Below, one piece after another: positions 54,141 to 59,706 of a stretch of 59,706 nt of DNA. Every line of letters starts with the position of its first letter. The first letter of the stretch is position 1. The position numbers and the translations under genes are program-made. Origin of the DNA: Octopus bimaculoides. Lineage: Eukaryota. Under the pieces are notes generated by a model, which did not search any database, was not told where the DNA came from, and saw only the letters and a list, made by a program, of their open reading frames with translations. The stretch lies in contig NC_068990.1 in assembly GCF_001194135.2 (NCBI RefSeq), positions 87,953,525-88,013,230 on the forward strand, in the 5' to 3' direction.

Positions 54141-54904
54141 CACTGTATCAGCACAAATGTGAGTCACCCAAATATCAATCACATCACCAAAGAAACATGT
54201 AGACATCTGGTCAACAAGATCTGGTCTGCAAGTTTGTTTTGTTTTGTTTTGGAGGGGTTTTTTTTTGTTTTGTTTTTGCACCCATTTTTTTTTTTCTTGG
54301 ACAGACTTATTCCATAAATAGAAATCTTGTATCACAAGGAGGGGTTGGATTCTACTGTCGTACTGCTAAACACAACCACTCCCTTCCTGTCTCATTATTG
54401 CAGTGTGAATACCTGTTCTGTTATAGTGCTGATATCCTATAATTTGTTAACGATAAAGAAATAAATATTTTTTTCATTTAAAACGTGTGTTCATTCAAGC
54501 TTTATCAACTCAATACCAAATTATTACATTGTTGACACACAGAGAAACATCTTATCATTACACCGGTGACCATGACGTGATTAAAATTCAGGCAAATCAT
54601 GTGATTTCTGCTAGAGATCAGATTGGTTAGTTAACCATTGACATCACTGATCCCTAACACAAATCCTGATTGTCAAAGCTTAGCCACCCTGTTTCAATCC
54701 CCATGTGTGTATGTGTCTTGTGACTGCTAAATATTCTTGTTACATGCACAAATTGCAATTTTTCGCCTAATCTTTCAGCTTGTATAAAAAGGGTGATGCT
54801 TGAAGGAATTTATAGGGAAGTTATTAAAGAGAGTGCACAGTGTAGGACTGGGAAAATGGGGGCACAAATTGTTGGGTTAGGAGAAAGGGAAATGCATTGT
54901 GAGG

Positions 54905-55345
54905 CTAGAAAGGGGCACATAATGATGGACAGGGAAAGGGACACACAATGATGGACAGAGGGAAGGGGGCACACAATGATGGACAGAGGGAAAGGGACAC
55001 ACAATGATGGACAGAGGGAAGGGGCACACAATGATGGACAGAGGGAAGGGGCACACAATGATGGACAGAGGGAAGGAGCACACAATGATGGACAGAGAGA
55101 AGGGGTACACAATGATGGACAGAGAGAAGGGGCACACAATGATGGACAGAGGGAAGGNNNNNNNNNNACACAATGATGGACAGAGAGAAGGGGTACACAA
55201 TGATGGACAGAGAGAAGGGGCACACAATGATGGACAGAGGGAAGGGGCACACAATGATGGACAGAGAGAAGGGGCACACAATGATGGACAGAGGGAAGGG
55301 GCACACAATGATGGACAGAGGGAAGGGGTACACAATGATGGACTG
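54905..55345. repeat. 27-bp minisatellite (acacaatgatggacagagggaaggggc)n
   Basis: About 15 near-identical units visible, with an N gap at 55158-55167. It explains the 9-aa periodic ORFs (HNDGQREGA, TMMDRGKGH). Confidence 0.95.
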
Positions 55346-55410
55346 ATAGAAGGGACTTAATTGTACTACTGGCTTAGCCTTTATCATCAGAGAGAAAGAC
55401 CAAAAAGACA

Positions 55411-55453
<43 letters not shown>

Positions 55454-55679
55454 ACATCATTATCATCACTACATCATCATCACAACTATCACACACATCC
55501 CACCCACATTAATCTATCCCTATACCTTTCTTTTATTCACCCTGTTTATATACTTTCTCAAAGCTAAAAAAGCACCACCATCTTCTACATCTCTCTGTCT
55601 GTCACTCTTTCTCTTCTTTCTCCTTCCCCTCCCCCACTTAAACTCACACACACACATCCACACTCACTCACTTATTCAT

Positions 55680-55830
55680 GAAGAGTCTGGCCCCAAAATG
55701 TTAAAATCTTCACTCTTCACACCAATTAACCTTATCGAACTCTGTATGATCTTTTCAATGTACCTATTGAAGAGGGTTGCCATAAAACTCCCTTCTCCCC
55801 TTGTGGCACACACCACACACCCGCTCACAT
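55680..55830 (-). mobile_element. Degenerate LINE reverse-transcriptase fragment (RTE-like)
   Basis: RGEGSFMATLFNRYIEKIIQ resembles the QG--LSP-LFN-Y-E-I motif of non-LTR RT. Confidence 0.45.
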
Positions 55831-56324
55831 ACTGCTTAGTCTCCACTCCATTTTCATGGCACATTAACATATACCAGTCCTCTGTTTGTATTTCAGCATT
55901 ACACTTGTTTAGTCTCTGCTAGGATGCTATTTATTGCATTTCCTCCCCTTCTCGATACACCTCCTCTCTCTCTGTCTTTCTTTCTCTCCTTCTCTCCCCC
56001 TTTTCTCTCTCTCTCTCTCTTTCTCTTACACACACATGCACACACATACCTATACACATACACATGCTGACTTATGTCTATTTTAGGCTCATGGTAAAAC
56101 TAGCAGACATGGATTATATGTCAAAAGCTGCAGGGGTCTTCCTCTATATAGCTACATAATCTATTTATAAAGAATTCCACATAGATTGTGTATTGCATAT
56201 GTGTGTGCGTGTGTGCGTGTGTATGTGTGTGGTGTAGTATGTGTATGTGTGTGTAGTGTTGTGTTTGTGTGTGAGTGTGTGTGTAAAGGACTAAAAGTTA
56301 ACTACTCAGAGGAGGGAATGTGGA

Positions 56325-56371
<47 letters not shown>

Positions 56372-57201
56372 NNNNNNNNNNTGTTGTTGCTGCTGCTGCT
56401 GCTATAGTCATTGTTTCTATTTCTAGAATGATGTGGAATTCCCCTCTAACTAACTATGCCATGGTCAAATGACTTCCTTCCACAATCAGTAAAAGAACCC
56501 AATAGCATTAACACCTCCATCACACATCACACCACACCGCATAGCGAAGGCAAGGGGGAAGGCAGGAGCTTGTTTTGCAAGGTTCTAATTTTAACTCATG
56601 TTGTGATATAAGAGGAGGGATTAGGGAACAGATTTGACTATGGGGGCAGGTGAGTGTATGAGCGTGTGTGTGTGTGTGTGTGTGTGTGGATGCTATGGAG
56701 TGGAGATGTATCTCTTTGTAATAAGAGAATTTGATGTAAGGCTNNNNNNNNNNCTCATACTTAATTGGGATTTTTTTTTTTTTTAATCGTCATTTTGTTG
56801 TAGTCAATTGAATGAAGGAAGGCAGGGGGGGGGGAGTGTTTTTTATTTGCCTATCTTTCTAAACATCTCTACTTTTCTACTGCTGTTGTCTCCTTTCTAT
56901 GCCATTATTCTAGAAACATCTTAAATACAGTTTCTCATTTCTCAACTTTTCTCTACAGAGAAAATAAAACTGACAGTGCGAGGATGAGGTGGAAGAGAGT
57001 GATGAGGAGCTTAGCAACTAATAAAAAAATGTTATCATCATCATTATTATCATTATCTTCTTTGTTATCTTTGTCATCATCATCATATTCATCACTATCA
57101 TTTTCATCTTCATCAACTTCATACCATCATTATAATCTTCACCATCAACATTATAGTCTTCTGTCAGCATCAGCATCAACAACCTTTAAACTGCAATTTT
57201 T

Positions 57202-57786
57202 GGATCTATTTCAAAACAGGGGCACCAGTTTTCATTTATGTTTTTGGTACCGAAAGACTTTCAAACTTCGTATACTTATCTATTTTGTGTTATAGAACAG
57301 AAAAAAATTTTTGTATTCGNNNNNNNNNNNNNNNNNNNNNNNNNNNNNNNNNNNNNNNNNNNNNNNNNNNNNNNNNNNNNNNNNNNNNNNNNNNNNNNNN
57401 NNNNNNNNNNNNNNNNNNNNNNNNNNNNNCTAACCCTAACTCTAGAATCCAAACTCTAAAATTGTTACACACATAGATATGCACAGCGTAATTTATTATA
57501 TAAACAATATATGCGTATAAATTACGATTAAACCGGATGAAATATGTCACAGGGAATAACATTTTTATGACTGCCCAGCAGTAACTCTGTTGAGCTGAAT
57601 AGACGTCAGTGATTGGTTGAAATTACAGAAATACGACAACTTTAACATGGAATAACTTGCGATGTCCGTTTTTTTGTTAAGAAGACTAAGAGTAAAAGAT
57701 GTTTTATATGACACATTCTACCAGTGTCCCAAGTTTCAAAGTGTTTCGTTAAGAAAATACTGGTGCCCCCGTTTTGAAATAGATCC
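57202..57786. mobile_element. Non-autonomous DNA transposon (MITE) with 28-bp TIRs and 8-bp TSD
   Basis: CAATTTTT|GGATCTATTTCAAAACAGGGGCACCAGT ... ACTGGTGCCCCCGTTTTGAAATAGATCC|CAATTTTT; one mismatch between TIRs; internal ctaaccctaac next to an N gap. Confidence 0.85.
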
Positions 57787-57957
57787 CAATTTTTCCATGT
57801 CCATATGGGCTGGATAAGTCTGCTGCACTGTATATTGGCAGTGTAGTATACACTCGAGTGAAATTCCTTTCCTCTCTATTATATATACATACATACAAAC
57901 GTAGTAGATAACAGCTAGCCTTTGGCTGCATTTGGGACCCTGTTGTGTCCACTACTC

Positions 57958-58090
57958 TGATTGGTTGGTATTGGTGCAATTTGTCTCTTACTCTATTGTG
58001 CCAATACACAGCACAACCAATCAAATAAGGTCATGTGTGACAGCCTGTTCTCAACTCAGTTTTGAGCCAACAACTCCTTATAAAAACCCA
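57958..58090 (+). promoter_or_regulatory. Inverted CCAAT boxes followed by a TATA box (promoter- or LTR-like)
   Basis: TGATTGGTTG...CAACCAATCA inverted pair, internal GTATTGG/CCAATAC, then TATAAAAA at ~58079. Confidence 0.35.
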
Positions 58091-58554
58091 GCTCCTCCTC
58101 ATCTCAATGTCTTTCTGCTTTGTTGAGTTTTGGCTTGTGGCCCTTAAAACAACATTGGCATTAGGAGACAAGTCTGTCGATTTAGAGTTGATTTTTTGAC
58201 AGAATACAACTTCCAAGTTCTTTGAATGGATATGTTTCTCATATCATAATTGCATGGGGCTTACAGAACAAAATTTCCCTCTATATTTTTTTTGGTAAAT
58301 ATATCTACATAATTGTTGTTATTTATTACTATTATTATTATTATGTTGTTTTTTTTCTTCTTTCTTCAAATTTTCTTCCATTTCTTGCCGAGTGTTTTCC
58401 GTACACCTAGGGCAAAGAAACTCGTATGCATTCCCAGTTTACACACGCAAATTCACAGGTAAAACGTGTATTTAAGAAAGAAAAGAAAAAATAATGCTCT
58501 TCTCAGTACATGAGTCGTTCCAGTTAGCACGAGTTTTTGCACTTTCTGTAGTGG

Positions 58555-58700
58555 TTGGTGCTTTAGGAAGGGCATCCAACCATAGAAACCTTGCCAAATC
58601 AGATTGGAACCTGGTACAACATCCTAGCTTGCCAGTCCTCAGTCAAAACTGTCCAACCCATGCCAACATGGTAAGCAGACGTTAAACGATGATGATGATG
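58555..58700 (+). mobile_element. RTE-tailed SINE/LINE 3' end with (GAT)n tail
   Basis: ttaggaagggcatccaaccatagaaaccttgccaaatcagattgg...tgtccaacccatgccaacatgg...gacgttaaacgatgatgat. Confidence 0.8.
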
Positions 58701-59244
58701 ATGACAATGATGATAATGATGATGATGATGATGATAATGATGATGATGATAATGATATAATGGTGATGTTTATGATGACGACAACTTTGATGATATCAAC
58801 GATAGGCCTGATGGCAAAAACAGTGATGTTGATTATCATTACAATGATGAAAGTGACAACGACTATGATAATGATAAAGATCAGTCTTAATTATCATGAT
58901 CATTGTATCAGGCTTATACTGTTGACACTGTTGGCGGTGGTGATAGTGAGGATCATGATGATGACGGTTATAATGATGATGATGATGATGATAATGATGG
59001 TGTGATTATGTTGTTTGTCAGTAGTTTATAAAACAGTAAGGATTATATGGAAAACAGACTGTAAGTTATTCATTAAAACTAGCAGGGATTAAGCTGTCAG
59101 CTGTTAAGATATCTTTCAGCTAACACATTTATTCTAACATGTAAATAACATAAACATTCTAGACTATTCTATTTGCATTTTAATTTACTATGGTAATTAA
59201 TATTACTATCATTTCTTTTCTTTTTGATTTTTGTTTCCTTGTGT

Positions 59245-59282
<38 letters not shown>

Positions 59283-59444
59283 ATGTGTGTGTGTGACAGA
59301 AGGAAGAAAGAGAATTCTTCTTTCTCCTGCCTCTGATTCTTTTTATATTTACAATAACCTTAATCAAACTGTGTGTGTATGGATTTACAAACATTTCCAT
59401 ATATGTATAAACGTATCTGATGTGCGAATGTGTACACATATATC

Positions 59445-59706
59445 ATCATCATCATCATCGTTTAACGTCCGCTTTCCATGCTAGCATGGGTTGGACGATT
59501 TGACTGAGGACTGGTGAAACCGGATGGCAACACCAGGCTCCAGTCTGATTTGGCAGAGTTTCTACAGCTGGATGCCCTTCCTAACGCCAACCACTCAGAG
59601 AGTGTAGTGGGTGCTTTTACGTGTCACCCGCACGAAAACGGCCACGCTCGAAATGGTGTCTTTTATGTGCCACCCGCACAAGCCAGTCCAGGGGCACTGG
59701 CAACGA
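59445..59706 (-). mobile_element. Young RTE-tailed retroposon, truncated by the window end
   Basis: catcatcatcgtttaacgtccgctttccatgctagcatgggttggacg...ctacagctggatgcccttcctaacgcc; CpGs retained. Confidence 0.85.

Noticed and set aside
54810-55411. 150-170-aa repeat-protein ORFs
   Set aside because: Product of the 27-bp minisatellite, open on both strands; the regular spacing is not a CRISPR array because there are no unique spacers.

Overview
AT-rich eukaryotic genomic DNA, dense in microsatellites and with many assembly N-gaps. The SINE families look like those of octopus (inference from recalled motifs, no database search). Nearly all ORFs in the supplied track are microsatellite or low-complexity artefacts, and no intact long CDS, rRNA, tRNA gene or CRISPR array is visible. 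Supported content: (i) many tRNA-headed and RTE-tailed SINE copies, several forming close inverted pairs; (ii) an internally deleted mariner transposase pseudogene and mariner MITE fragments; (iii) a TTAA-flanked piggyBac-type MITE; (iv) a ~585-bp MITE with 28-bp TIRs and an 8-bp TSD; (v) RTE LINE remnants; (vi) a minimal hammerhead-ribozyme-like motif typical of Penelope-like elements; (vii) a 27-bp minisatellite; (viii) a 66-nt hairpin upstream of a TATA box. Short splice-site-bounded open segments suggest an unidentified intron-rich gene, mainly on the + strand, with a few equally good minus-strand candidates. These were picked by eye, I cannot name the protein, and some are probably chance.
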